A DNA stretch of 61,080 nt, filler included, from Sluysia triapertura (Eukaryota): assembly GCA_046118255.1 (NCBI GenBank). It is 5 parts of 5 records of this genome, joined end to end, with 100 filler letters (N's around TTAATTAATTAA, not from the genome) between each part and the next. Parts side by side here need not be neighbours in the genome. Positions count along the whole stretch, not along the records: positions 22,603 to 33,755 come from JBJNIA010188178.1; positions 33,856 to 50,187 come from JBJNIA010206481.1; 3 more parts are not named here. One strand, 5' to 3'. Numbering within the stretch: the first letter of the stretch is position 1; each line of letters starts with the position of its first letter. This document shows, in pieces, positions 29,965 through 41,549 of the stretch. The notes beneath the pieces were generated by a model. The model searched no databases, was not told where the DNA came from, and saw only the letters and a program-made list of their open reading frames with translations. The translations under genes and the position numbers were made by a program.

Positions 29965-30011
29965 CCAACGGCTGGCCCTAACTGGTAAGTCCAGTACGTT
30001 GGTGAACTCAC
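29965..30011. repeat. 47-bp GC-rich self-complementary motif, copy A
   Basis: CCAACGGCTGGCCCTAACTGGTAAGTCCAGTACGTTGGTGAACTCAC; 43/47 identical to the reverse complement of 35231-35277. Confidence 0.9.
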
Positions 30012-32125
30012 CTTAAATTAAGTTTTTTTAATTCTATTTGCTTTACTTTTCTCACGTATATATATTATCGTAATTGTGCTTTTTGCTTACATCGACTTGT
30101 GATAAGTGCATTTTTTAATAAATTGAGTTCGTTATTTAGTATTAAAGCTTACGAATAATTTTAGAATTTTGAGCTATATTTTAGTACGAATATTATAAGA
30201 CAAGCTATTATTTTGCTTAAAGTAAAAACACATTTTAACTTAAATTATTAAGGATGCTTAAAAGTATTGATAAAAAGTATACGGTTGCATATAAATAAAA
30301 GGCGTAATTTTAGGAGAAAATTTTTTCATTGATAAGGGAATTATTTGTTGTCAAATTATATAGCTACGTCTGCTTTATGTTACAAATCGTAGAGTATAGA
30401 CGAACCCGTTTAAATTTATAATTGTTATAAGATAAAATAAAAACATAATATATAGAAAATTATTTTGTTGAAATTCTCTTGGTTTTTGTAATTTTGTTTT
30501 GTAAATATTAATGCTTATGTAGGAATATTTAATTCAATTCTGGTTTTTATTGATAGTCACTTTAACTTCATTAGATTTGTAAGGTGCGTAACTAGTTGTA
30601 AATATAAAGATATAAAACTTGCAAATAATTTTTGTAAAAATAATTGTTAATTATATAAAACTAAAAAGTTGAAGAATTATTGAAAATAAAAAAAATTCTT
30701 TTATAGTTATTGTATTGATTAAAACAAATGTAATAACATTTTTACAACTACTTTATTATCAGTTTTATTTTATCTCCGATGAATATTAGGTGGTGTTATT
30801 ATCCATTTTATGCTTTTTTAGTGATTATAAAGTAAAACTTAGACAAAAATTTATTAAAAATATAAAAACTCTTGCGATCTCGTAAAGGAATTAACATTTG
30901 ATTCCGCATTATATTTGTGATCTATATCGTATTGACATCGGCACACTTTAGCATTTCAGTTCAATTAATTTAGAATCATTTTATCATTGTTTATCATGAT
31001 CGTAAGTTTGATTTCTGTAAGGATCGCCTTACGTAAGACTTAACATAATTGTGATAACATAATTTCAAAATCATTCTTAAAATCACCAATAGATATTAGA
31101 TATTAATACTTTAAAATATTACTCTCCATTATTATATTTATTCACATTTTTTATATTTACTTAAATAGGGTATTTAGGTTATATTCATTTTTTGTCATTT
31201 GTTAACATTAGAATTATCTATTTGTGATTTATAATATATTTTGTGTAGTATTAATTAATTACTAGCCAACTATTTAACCAACAAAAATAGTTATAAATAT
31301 TTAGAGACATAATTAAAGCTCATAGACCCTATAAGCTAACTTATTTAAAGAAATATGTAAATCGTGCTTTTTACGGCTGCGTCCTCAATTTGAGATAAAG
31401 CTTAGACTGCAAACGAACCCATAAATCAAGGAATCTATAATTTGCAAACGCAAGAAAAAAATAGCAGACTTAAAATGCAAACTTTGATTTTGCAAATATG
31501 ACACGATCCATATCAAATTTGATCACCATCAAAGTTCGCATTTTAAAAATCTAATGAAATTAAAATGACTTACAATAATCAAAAATTCTTATTTATAAAA
31601 CAAGATTACAAATACCAAGAATAATGATAAAATCGAAATAATTTTATATATATGTACCAATTTTATACAATAATCTACTAGAGATAAAATACTGCAAAAT
31701 ACTTATTTATTATGAAGGTATTCCAAATGTTATGAAAAATGTTACTAATTATTTTTTGGACATAATAACACGTTTTATTATTATTTTGAAAAAAAATTTT
31801 GATATTTTAAATTAAACTCTAATTAAATGATGCAGTTTTGATAATATTTTGACACACAATGAGATTAAACTGATTTTAAATTAAAATAAATAACAAGTTA
31901 TTTAATTAATTACCTTATTAAATAATAGATACTATCTAAAATAAAAAATATTTTTATTGCATCTTAACCTTACTTGTGTTTATTAACCATGTATTTAATA
32001 TGTATAACTAGAATAGTATTTTATAATTTAATTACTATTATTACGAAATGCATATTACCAGATAATTTATTCAATTGCACAATTAATAATGGATTAATTA
32101 AATAAATAGTAATTAAATAGCTTAC

Positions 32126-33346
32126 TTTTGAAATCATCTGCATCAACTTTGCTACATCGTTTGCTAACATATGATCTACCTCTTCAATTAATTTTAATTT
32201 TAAACTAGGAAATGTTTTAAAATCAAAGTCTTGCAAAACTTCTTGCATTCTATCAATCTTTGGAAAATCGCCAATTGATATTTGATGTTCTTTTGATATC
32301 TGATCATATGTCCTTTGTAGATTTGAAATCAATTCTTTCTTTTTGCTGTCTTTACCAATCAATGATGGCATTTGGTTTTTTAAACTACTTATGATATATG
32401 CGTGAACTTTAGCTAAACGGGCCCTTCGTATAAAATCATTAAGTTTTCTTAATGCTGCATTCGATGGCAAAGATTGCAAATCATCAATTAAATCTTTTTC
32501 TTCTAATTCAAACAACTTTCTGTTAGAATCATACATAAGTGGTTGGTCCCAAAATGAACCAATATAAACTCTTGTTACTTCAGGGGTATATAATACTTTA
32601 CCTAAACTCCACATCAGAGCACCATATACGCGCATTAATTGTTGGCTATCAATCTTGTCAGCTTTATTGAGCACTATACGAATTTTTTCTTCATAACCCT
32701 AATAATATAAATATCAAATATGACTTATTACTTTGAGTAATTCAATAACTGTTCTAAATTCGTCAGAAATATCCAATTTATGAGCATCAAATAATAAAAT
32801 AATTCTATCAACGCGTTCAGCAAACCATTCAATTACTTGTCCAAATTGATAACCACGATCCACTCTTTGTTTTTCGCCACTTAATATACCAGGTGTGTCA
32901 ATGAATGAAATAGTTTTTAAAACGGGATTATTAAGCAAAGAACACTGAAATCTGTTTAAAAAATTATTACCAAATTTGGATAATGGACGAAATTGTCGTT
33001 TAATATCAACTACTAATGCATTACCAGGAATAATTCCACTTTTGTCATCATCCATTATAGCAACAAAAGAATCTGTTGTTGGTTCTGGTCCGATACGAAT
33101 ACCTGGATAATCACTACCCAAAATGTATCTAATAAATGTTGTCTTTCCCGTTGAATATTGGCCTAATAACATAACCATCGGTTTTGCATCAAAATCACCA
33201 TCTTCGAGTAGTGGTGAATGAAATTCATGAAATCGGTACGTTTTCTCAAGAGGCAAAAGTTTTGTGTTATACAATTTTTTCAAACCTTCAACAACATTTG
33301 TAAAGTTTTCATCTAATTTTGGTTTATTAGTTTTGAAAAGACTCAT
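32126..33346 (-). CDS. EHD1: EH-domain-containing protein (EHD/RME-1/Past1 family), exons 33346-32732 and 32698-32126; EH-domain exon not found
   Basis: Contains P-loop GQYSTGKT, IGPEPTTD, DTPGILSGEKQR, LFDAHKLDISDEF, VLNKAD, LMRVYGALMWSLGK and RVYIGSFW. A 33-nt GT-AG intron (32731-32699) restores LLK|GYEEKIRIVLNKAD. Donor AAA|gtaagc at 32125. The paralog number is not resolvable. Confidence 0.95.
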
Positions 33347-33644
33347 TAGGAAATTTGTAGGTCAATAAAAAATATAGATTGAAAGTTAAATTTAAGTATC
33401 AAACATTAAGTTTATAATTTACAATTAAACATCACCTTTTATATAAAGTGGCATAAAATAATTGGAAACTGCATTGAATTTATTAATTCAAAAAAATTAA
33501 AAACTATATAAAACTTTATTATAACAAAATTTTGGTTTTATTAATATTTAGATTTTATTAAATTAAAATTGTATTACTCGAGTATTGTACAAAAAAGGAA
33601 GTGAATTTTTTAAAAATGGTGATTATGCAGAGGGTTATTGTTAT

Positions 33645-33755
33645 TTATAATAATAATAATATATTAATTTATATTGCACTCATATCTACCGCGAAAGTAC
33701 TCAAAAGCGCTTAAGGTAAATCATTCACCATAATATTTCTGAAACAGAAAGAACT
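33645..33755 (-). mobile_element. 3' tail of the same L2/CR1-type LINE, cut by the gap
   Basis: atattaatttatattgcactcatatctaccgcgaaagtactcaaaagcgcttaaggtaaatcatt matches 12582-12660. It ends in (ATT)n on the minus strand. Confidence 0.8.
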
Positions 33756-34272
33756 NNNNNNNNNNNNNNNNNNNNNNNNNNNNNNNNNNNNNNNNNNNNT
33801 TAATTAATTAANNNNNNNNNNNNNNNNNNNNNNNNNNNNNNNNNNNNNNNNNNNNCCCGTAGGCGATTTAATCGCTACATATAATTAATTTTCTCTTGCT
33901 TAACACAACATTCAGAACTATTTAAAATAAATATTTTTGTCAATATTTTAATTACAAATAAAATAAAAGTTAAATAATTAATATTCTGCTACGTTATTTT
34001 GAAATTTCTAGATAAGTTTCTCAGTATTTGTGTATAATAAAAAATAATCTATTAAAACTTATGTGTATAAACATTTCAAAACGAATTTTACAATAGTTAA
34101 GAGTTTCTGATTTTGATACTTTGCAAATCGAAATGTGAAATTTATCCTGAGTTACGCGGCCCATTATTTACACGATTATGCCTTTATACGATTTTGAAAC
34201 TTCATATTTACCTTTTAGTTATAAACAGTTATACTTTTTGAAACATTCCATTAAAGTTTTGGGGATTTTACC

Positions 34273-34510
34273 ATGCCCAAATAAATTAAAAGAATCAAAT
34301 TAAACAAAGTCATTTCTTTAGAGAACAAAATTAAAATTTTAGATCATCAATGTAATGGAGAAATAATGCATGAAGCCATTACACGAACAATAAGAAAAAA
34401 TGAAAATTCCATTAAAAAGTGTAGCAGCTGGATCTTGCATGTGAGCATAGCCTCATGCATAAGAAATATTTCAATGGAAACAATTGAAAAGACATTAATA
34501 GTTTCTGAAA
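34273..34510 (+). mobile_element. Tigger/pogo-like transposase N-terminal (CENP-B-type HTH) relic
   Basis: Translates KVISLENKIKILDHQCNGE..EAITRTIRKNENSIK...RNISMETIEKTL, resembling the Tigger pattern ISLExKxxI...GE...ESTIRTIxKN...RxxxMExMExxL. It has an early stop and an internal deletion. Confidence 0.65.
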
Positions 34511-35061
34511 GTGATACCAACAATTAAACTATTGGCTAAATATTAAATATTATGTATTATGTATTTCTAGATGTAAATTGAATTGCAGATGTACTGTTAT
34601 ATATTTGTTATTTTATGAATTGGCAGCTATGATTTTCAAAAAATATACATGTGTACTATTTGCTTTTGAAAATTTTTAGATACCTTCTATCACAGCAATA
34701 ATCTTATATTCAATTCATTATCTTTCCATCATTCTATATATGAAAATTTCAACATTCCAAAAATTGAGAATTAATTAAAATTTTACTTTGCTCAATAAAA
34801 TCAAATCTTCATAGAAAGATCTTTTTGAAACAAATACATACACAACTACAACATTGCCATTTAAACTTGTGGTTGACCAAACATAATTTACAATTTATCG
34901 CTTAAATATCATACTAAATCGGTCTACCATACATTAATCATCCATTAAATAAAAATGCTATAGTTGAAAGTCTCAAGATTTTATGTTAATTTTTTATTCC
35001 TATGTTTTAATAAATTGTTACCATTTTGATCTTCGACATTACGTTCAAGGCACATAATGTG

Positions 35062-35195
35062 ATCGATCGTTTAAGAAAATTTGTATATAAAGATTATTTA
35101 GTAAGATTTACTACATCTAAATATTCAGAACCAATTTATAGCAATGTAGAAAATATTTTTATGCATTTGACAAATTATTCATTTTGTGAGAAAGT
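35062..35195 (+). pseudogene. Isolated tubulin polyglutamylase (TTLL6/7/13-like) fragment
   Basis: DRLRKFVYKDYLVRFTTSKYSEPIYSNVENIFMHLTNYS resembles the TTLL motif DPLRIFVY.EGL.RF.T..Y..P...N....MHLTNYS. Conserved P and G are substituted, and no other TTLL exons are seen. Confidence 0.75.
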
Positions 35196-35230
35196 AAGTG
35201 TGATAGAATAAATGAAATGAAGTTAAAGAT

Positions 35231-35277
35231 GTGAGTCCACCAACGTACTGGACTTACCTGCTAGGGCCAGTCGTTGG
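35231..35277. repeat. 47-bp GC-rich self-complementary motif, copy B (inverted relative to copy A)
   Basis: GTGAGTCCACCAACGTACTGGACTTACCTGCTAGGGCCAGTCGTTGG. Confidence 0.9.
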
Positions 35278-36334
35278 ATTTTTATAAGATAAATGTAAAG
35301 TAAAAGTTTAGGTTTTTGTTTATGTCTCCTGTCTGAAGGTAGATATATAATTTTAATTCGAATTATTAAATTAATTTGAATTTATTGATGTATTTTACAA
35401 ATGATTCCCTTATATGGAATCAATAAATAAATTAAATTCTAGATTTTTTGAAAACGATAGATAATGGAATTTTAGCTGATTTTAAAACTATTTAAGTTAA
35501 AAACAATAATAATGCAAAAATCTCTTTATTTTCTACAGATATATAAATTTTATGCAGAGGTAATCAAAAATAATAAAAATAAAAATTTACTTTAATTAAC
35601 TATTATTAGTTAATTACTTTTAATTTAAATTTATTGAGGATTTTTCTATAGATCTTTATAAGATCCAAATTGTAACAAGAGATATATTAAGTTATATTTT
35701 GGTGTGATATAAATTTATATCAAAAACTTATAAACAATTAAACTAACGTCACTACAAAAATTATTTTCTGTAACGATCCTTATAATTTGAATTGATCCGA
35801 TACTTCAGTTTTGAATGGAATCCTTACTTGTATACGCAATGGTAATTTTTTTAAAAGAATTCTTGTTTTAAAATTTCAAAATTTTGTTGTTGTTGTTGTT
35901 GTGTTGAGTGATTAACTTAAAAAATGTTAGTTTAAATGCCTGTTTTAATCTGACCTTGGTCAGACTAAAATAAATCAAAACATTAAAATATTTAAACAAA
36001 TATTAAAATTTAATAATTTTAGAATGAATAATTTTAATTTTAGAATAAATTACATGTTATTAAAATTCACTAATTTTAATAATTAAAAAATAATTACATA
36101 CATATTATTAAAATTCAATAAAATAATTACAAAATACCTTTATTATAAAATTTCCAAAAATTGAATTAGTTGCAAAAGTTTTCCAAATATTAAAATTATT
36201 AATAAAATTATCATAATCTGTTAATAAAATTTAGAATCAATATTCAGTTATTTAAAAATAATCACAAATTTATAATCAAATCAAATTTAATCATAAAGTC
36301 CATGAATAGCCAAATTAAATAATCAATATTTTAC

Positions 36335-36385
<51 letters not shown>

Positions 36386-39273
36386 TCGGACATGTTATTG
36401 AAATCAATGTGCGACGAACGGTTGACGCATCCAGAAAATAAATTTGGTATTTATTAGTTTTATGTTTATTTTACGTTGACATATTATTTTAATAACAAAA
36501 TATTAGTGTTTCAACGTAGTAATGAGTATTTTATTTCTTTAGCTATTGACTAAGTTTTATTTTTGATTCGTTTGTTTCATTGTGGCTAGTTTAACCCTAG
36601 GTCTTTATTGTTTTCGATAGTTTATTATTATTTGGTGTTAATATTTTAATACTTTGTGCTTTTCTCAAGTTCAAGTCTCATATTTTGCTAATTTATTGTT
36701 ATTTGAGTATTAACATTTAAATATGCGGTGCTACAAGATTATAATTGAATGCTTTATAAATATATTGAGATTGGAATTTATTTAATTTTGTTGCAGTAGT
36801 ATTTGTTTATATTTGTCATTGTGCTCAGTGTCTGCAAGTGGTGATACAAATGATGTAAATTAATTAAAATAGTAACACGGAAAAAAATTAATGTAGGGAA
36901 ATCATATCGAAATATCAATGCTTCATCACATAAAAACATCTCATACATACGTAGAACATTAAACAAACTACTTGACTCATTCAAGAAACAAACCTAATCA
37001 TTGTATATAATTGTCATGAACTATAGTTATTGTTATTATAAATCCATTCGTATTAAAATGTATAATAATTATCATTATTGTAATATAATTTGATTATCAT
37101 ATAATAACTTTTATAATTACACCCACAATCAATACCATTATTTTGAAACATATAATAATAACGTTTATTATTAATAATTACGTTTATCTTTATTATCAAC
37201 CTTTCTTCTTATTCTTTTATGAAGTAGAAACAATAACGAAAAGTATTCGTAATTTTAAACGCATAATTTATGCCGAAAAGAAATGCATGGAAATTTTAGT
37301 TTATTTCGATTCTACTATACAAAGTATATTTGCTTATGTACGTTCAACATTCGATGTTACTACGGAAATAGAAATAAGTGAATTTTCACTTTGTGCTGAA
37401 CATATTTCTCATTATACTTGTTCGATCACATACTTTGATTAAAGTTCACGCATATCGATTACCGATATATTGTACTATAAATATACCACGTATAAAATGT
37501 AGAGAAAATTATAATGATAATAATACTTCTTTCTTAAGATATTATTTTGCAATCAGATCTGTTGGTGAATTCCAAAGATGCAGCGAATGGTCGAACGTAG
37601 TGCAAGTTGAATTAACTGATACAAGTTAAACGTATTTTATAAATAAAAATTAATTGTTTTAATAATGAAATTCGCTGCTCAGGTTTTATTATTATAATTC
37701 GCGAAACAAAAACATTGTGTCTCAAAGAAATGTAGCCACAAACATGCATTCTATGGTATTACGTCATAATTTATGTCCTGGTTCAGATATGATTATTGAA
37801 GAAGTATATTTATTGATGATACATTAAATCACATATTAAATCATTTCATTTAATGAACGGAACCTTACAAATAATATGGGAATTTTGAAAAGGTTAACAA
37901 ACGAAAGATTATTAATATTGTGTTTCTAATTTTATGCATTGTTTCATACTTGAACTTATAATAGTATTTATTTAAGAATATTAATAATTTATGTATTACA
38001 TGTAAATCAATAAAATATGAGTTTGAGTGAAGAATCAGGAGTTTTACTAATAACATATAGTGTTCTAATACCAAAGTTAATCTTAGTTACTTCTAAAAGT
38101 CACATGGAAATGATGTGGTTTATAGCTGGTAATTCTGCTATTTTATCACTTTCCATAATAAAAAATGTTTTATTTACTTCTAGATTATAATAACATTAGA
38201 AGTTATTTTGCAATTACTAATATGGTATTAATACAAGAAATAGGAAGATATCTGCTCTATGAAATAATTAGAATTGTTGATAATATGTTTTGCCATTCCT
38301 TCAAGTAAATTTTCTTTTGTTTTGTATTGTCAGTCTTAGTTTTAATTTACTAATAAGTATTTTTCTCATATCATACGAATTTATGTTATTCACTGTACGT
38401 TTATTATGGCTAGAGACATTTGCATCTAATAAACAAAAAATACAATATTATTTTTGTAAATTGCAATTTATTGAAAAAGTTGCTTGTTTTATAGAAATCT
38501 AAATTATATTATATTTCAAAATCATTCTTCTAAAGATGATGTGATTAAAACAAACGAAAATGTAGAAGTTATTTTTTCATTGAATTATACGCATTTATTT
38601 CTTGCTCGGTCAATGAGCGAACATTTTCTGGCAGCTATAATTAATTATAGTAAACATAAATTTTACTATGGTAATTTTGGTCATGCTGATGTTATACAGA
38701 CAGATACATTGAGAATTGTATACATTGCGAAGAATTAATAGTGAAATAAAAACTGATATTTTTGATATGTCAAAAGAATCATTCTTAGCTCCCAGTCATA
38801 TGTTTAATTTGAAAACTCTAATAGGTGTTGAAAATCCAGTATTCGAAAAAATAAATTCTAAAAACATTTAATAACATTATTTGTTAGCGTCATTTATATT
38901 TTTACAATTTTTATGCTCATAATAAAATTCAACCTTGTTTATTTGTTTAGTTTGTTGTTTACAAAAGGCCTTAGGCCTACTTTATTAATTGTTTACGAGT
39001 TCTATTTAAATCGTTTTACGTTAATTAGAATTTTTGACGTTTCTAATAAAAATTTTAAAACACAAAAGGCAAAGTTTAATATTTTTAATAATTTTTTAAA
39101 ATTAAAACAGGAAATGTAGTCACATTGAATTATTGCGGAAATAGTGAAATTATTGATTCATTTTTGATTATGCGCAGTGTCAAATATAATTATCTCAATT
39201 CGGTTTTGCGAATAGACAAATAAAAACAGTAACTAAACATAGCATTTATTGAATCACTCTGAAATACATCATA

Positions 39274-41549
39274 TTACACCATCATAGCGGCTGTCGTTAC
39301 AGCAGCGTACAACTCTTGTCCGGTAGGAAGTATCCAATCAGTCAGAGCTACAAATCCTCGTTTATCGTGAAGGCCAGGTCGAACTTCAAAGGTGAATGAA
39401 TATTTCACACCTGCTTTCAATCTCACCCAATCGTAGCAGCCGCCACTTGCAGCATCTGAAAATTTAAAAGTAAAGTTACTATTTTTGTCTTTATATCTGC
39501 AATTTCGCATCAGACAAGGGATTGTACCGTAATGGATCGTAATGGATCGGCTGCCTTGTGTGATTCTTGTCTAAACAACAAGCACAAGTAATGAATTACT
39601 GATCAATTTATTCAATATTAAATGAGCTGTGTCGTTATCATTGAACAATCAATCATTTTAATACAGCTTTTGATGCTCTCGGTGACCGAGAAGTATCATA
39701 AGAAGAATCATTGACCAGACCAACAGCACTGCCATTACTACTAGTACTACTACTACTACTACTACGGTCCTGCAAATTTAAGTTGTTTTATAAGTAGAAA
39801 TTATTTGAATGTGCCACCTTTGCCATCCCCCCAAACAGATCAATTTTCTGTATTCAGTGCATTTTGCGCATCGAAGACAAGTTCTGCTGAAACAAATGAT
39901 GAAGAATGATCATCGAGCATTAAATGGAGGCATGTCGAATGCAGATTATTCCTAAGAGAAATAGATTTAATAGATAATTTACAAAAATAACACTAATTTG
40001 CATTTTATATAAAATTAAGGTAAAATGTTGTTGTTTGGAAGCACACTGGAATCAGAATCGCTCATTAATTTGCTCACATTTTAACCCTAGTCTTAACACT
40101 CAGCCAGCCGACTCTGTCAGGTAATTAAATCATCTTTAGACTAACACAGAATGTGAGCCGGACTACCAGCAATGTATTTTGGTCCCCCAGTCTTCTGTAT
40201 CTCAGCAACCATAGCATTTGCCACCCTCATCTAAAATTATTAAAGACACATTACGTCGTGCTGCGAGACACCACACCACACAAGACATGTAAAACTCACA
40301 ATGTCGTTAACGTCATTCGGCAACGTTTTCGTATATCCAAAAGGTGTCAGCAACAACTGACCATAGGCGTGAAACGATACGAACAGCTTTAATCGATCCT
40401 TGATTGTCATGACGAAGTCCCTGAAGTTCTTTGTTTCTGGAGCGCTGAAAGGACGTTCTCCTGGATATATGATATCGCATGGGTTCCTGCTGACTCCGGA
40501 GACTGCAATGATTGAAGATAATTAGTTATAAGAAATAGTATACCTGACATTATCATCAGTAATAATAACAATGATAATAATAATGATGATAATGTTAATA
40601 ATTGTAAGATAATAATAATAATAATGATAATACTAGTATTAATGATAATAATAATAATATTAATAATGATAATAATAATCTTAATAATATCTTATCATTT
40701 AATTATTATCTTTAAGATCTGAACTATTGGAAATGTTTTAAATGTTGCTAAAACATAAAACAAAGTATAACCTCCAAAATCGGAATCAAAATTTCTGTTC
40801 AAGTCAATACCATAGCAACCGTTCCCGACGGGCATGGTGTTCTTGCGCCACAATCTATGTTCCTAAATAAATAAACGTAGCTCATCAGTAATGTGTCTCA
40901 CCCCTCCTCTGTGAGTCAAGGCATATCCATCTGGATTGGTCACTGGCAGTACGTACACGTCATATTTACTCAAGATCCCTTTTGCAACTGAGTCACCTTT
41001 TCTGTGGTCCTCAATCAGTTTTTTCAAAATAAAAATAGGAGTCGATACAGACAGCCATTCTCGAGCATGGATACCTCCATCTATAAAAATGGCGGGCTTG
41101 TTCGAACCCCCAGTACTAACCTGCAAATTTAATCATAATCGACAATCATATTTACCTTTGCAACAACCATGTCCCTCTTCTCGAAACTCTGACCGATCCT
41201 CTGGAGAGTAACTAATTCAGGTGATTCTCGATTCAAACTATTTAACCAGCCATTGATATCTTCGTGTTTGGGGAAGTATCCGCTGATACCAGAACCATCG
41301 CCACTTCGAAATTGACTGCGGTATTGCAGGATTTTGTTTTTCTGCATTTCTTCTTGAATCGATCTGAACATGGCGTTACTAAAGAACAATAACAACGAAC
41401 CCTCCCAAGTTTTGATCCAGCACTTTTAATTTTTCTATTCCCGCTTCTTTGAAGGCGTCCATCAGTTGCTTGACTTTTTCTTCGTCTCCAGTAATCGAGA
41501 AAGAAGTTGGATTCCCCACGACTGGCACTTTCCAGAAGTTGATCTTGCT
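39274..41549 (-). CDS. M14A zinc metallocarboxypeptidase (carboxypeptidase A/B-like) with activation peptide; exons 41549-41401, 41363-41156, 41120-40902, 40862-40772, 40502-40300, 40230-40146, 39455-39274; signal-peptide exon not found
   Basis: All introns are GT-AG and phase compatible. Motifs present: GIHAREW (H69/E72), NPDGY, LWRKN (R127), GIDLNRNF (N144/R145), FHAYGQ (H196), YAASGGCYDW (Y248), FTFEVR (E270). Pro-domain reads INFWKVP...GIEKLKVLDQNL. Confidence 0.95.

Noticed and set aside
35252-35260. U1 snRNA or spliced-leader RNA suggested by ACTTACCTG
   Set aside because: No U1 stem-loops follow, and there is no leader exon ending in ATG before the GT on the other strand.
36778-39119. 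Cluster of 68-99 aa ORFs
   Set aside because: Rich in I/F/L/K/N/Y with no motifs, as expected by chance in AT-rich DNA.
40153-41211. Plus-strand ORFs 40153-40392 and 40936-41211
   Set aside because: Antisense shadows of carboxypeptidase exons.
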